From: a virus
Lineage: Duplodnaviria; Heunggongvirae; Uroviricota; Caudoviricetes
DNA length: 6,223 bases
Reading direction: 5' to 3' (one strand)
Virus record (IMG/VR): IMGVR_UViG_2529292908_000013
Location: 1-6,223 of that record
Under the pieces are notes generated by a model that worked only from the letters and a program-made list of their open reading frames with translations, searched no databases and had not been told where the DNA came from. Made by a program: the position numbers and the translations under genes. Below are positions 6,047 to 6,223 of the stretch, piece by piece. Each line of letters begins with the position of its first letter. Positions within the stretch are counted from its first letter, which is position 1.

Positions 6047-6223
6047 ATGAATTACTCTCACGATAACTGGTCAGCAATTCTGGCCCATATTGGTAAGCCC
6101 GAAGAACTGGATACTTCGGCACGTAATGCCGGGGCTCTAACCCGCCGCCGCGAAATTCGTGATGCTGCAACTCTGCTACGTCTGGGGCTGGCTTACGGCC
6201 CCGGGGGGATTGTCATTACGTGA
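6047..6223 (+). CDS. insL: IS186 transposase InsL, N-terminal portion; reading frame terminates at 6221..6223, apparently through a +1 frameshift
   Basis: ATG at 6047 (the ORF track starts at an upstream in-frame GTG at 6041). The translation matches the InsL N-terminus through ...LAYGPGG, then reads IVIT-stop. The canonical protein as I recall it continues MSLREVTAW..., which is what GTCATTACGTGA would encode in the -1 frame. This implies one extra T at about 6210/6211. Confidence 0.8.
   Translation: MNYSHDNWSAILAHIGKPEELDTSARNAGALTRRREIRDAATLLRLGLAYGPGGIVIT

Larger units (their letters stand above)
5992..6223 (+). mobile_element. IS186 (IS4 family), left end; the element continues beyond the window
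   Basis: 5992..6014 CATAAGCGCTAACTTAAGGGTTG matches the IS186 terminal inverted repeat as I recall it, followed by the N-terminus of the IS186 transposase (MNYSHDNWSAILAHIGKPEELDTSARNAGALTRRREIRDAATLLRLGLAYGPGG...). The flank just outside (5977..5991 GTGGGGTCGGTGGCC) is GC-rich, consistent with the known IS186 target preference. Confidence 0.9.

Overview
The window is almost entirely a minus-strand contractile-tail baseplate and tail-fibre operon from a Mu/SfV/e14-type prophage. Reading right to left: a 3' fragment of a baseplate-hub (gp44/P-like) gene, a gpV-like spike, a gp46-like protein, a baseplate J-like protein, a gp48-like protein with an unusual C-terminal tandem-repeat extension, a tail fibre, a tail-fibre assembly chaperone, and finally a low-GC 366-aa ORF of unknown function that runs to the left edge. 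At the right edge (from 5992) the hub gene is cut by the left end of an IS186 copy, whose transposase reading frame appears to carry a +1 frameshift. All homology calls are from recognising protein patterns by eye, not from a database search. The only candidate for something undescribed is the terminal ORF at 1..1101, which sits in the post-tail-fibre slot where accessory cargo often lies; its function cannot be determined from sequence alone. The rest is ordinary phage structural content.
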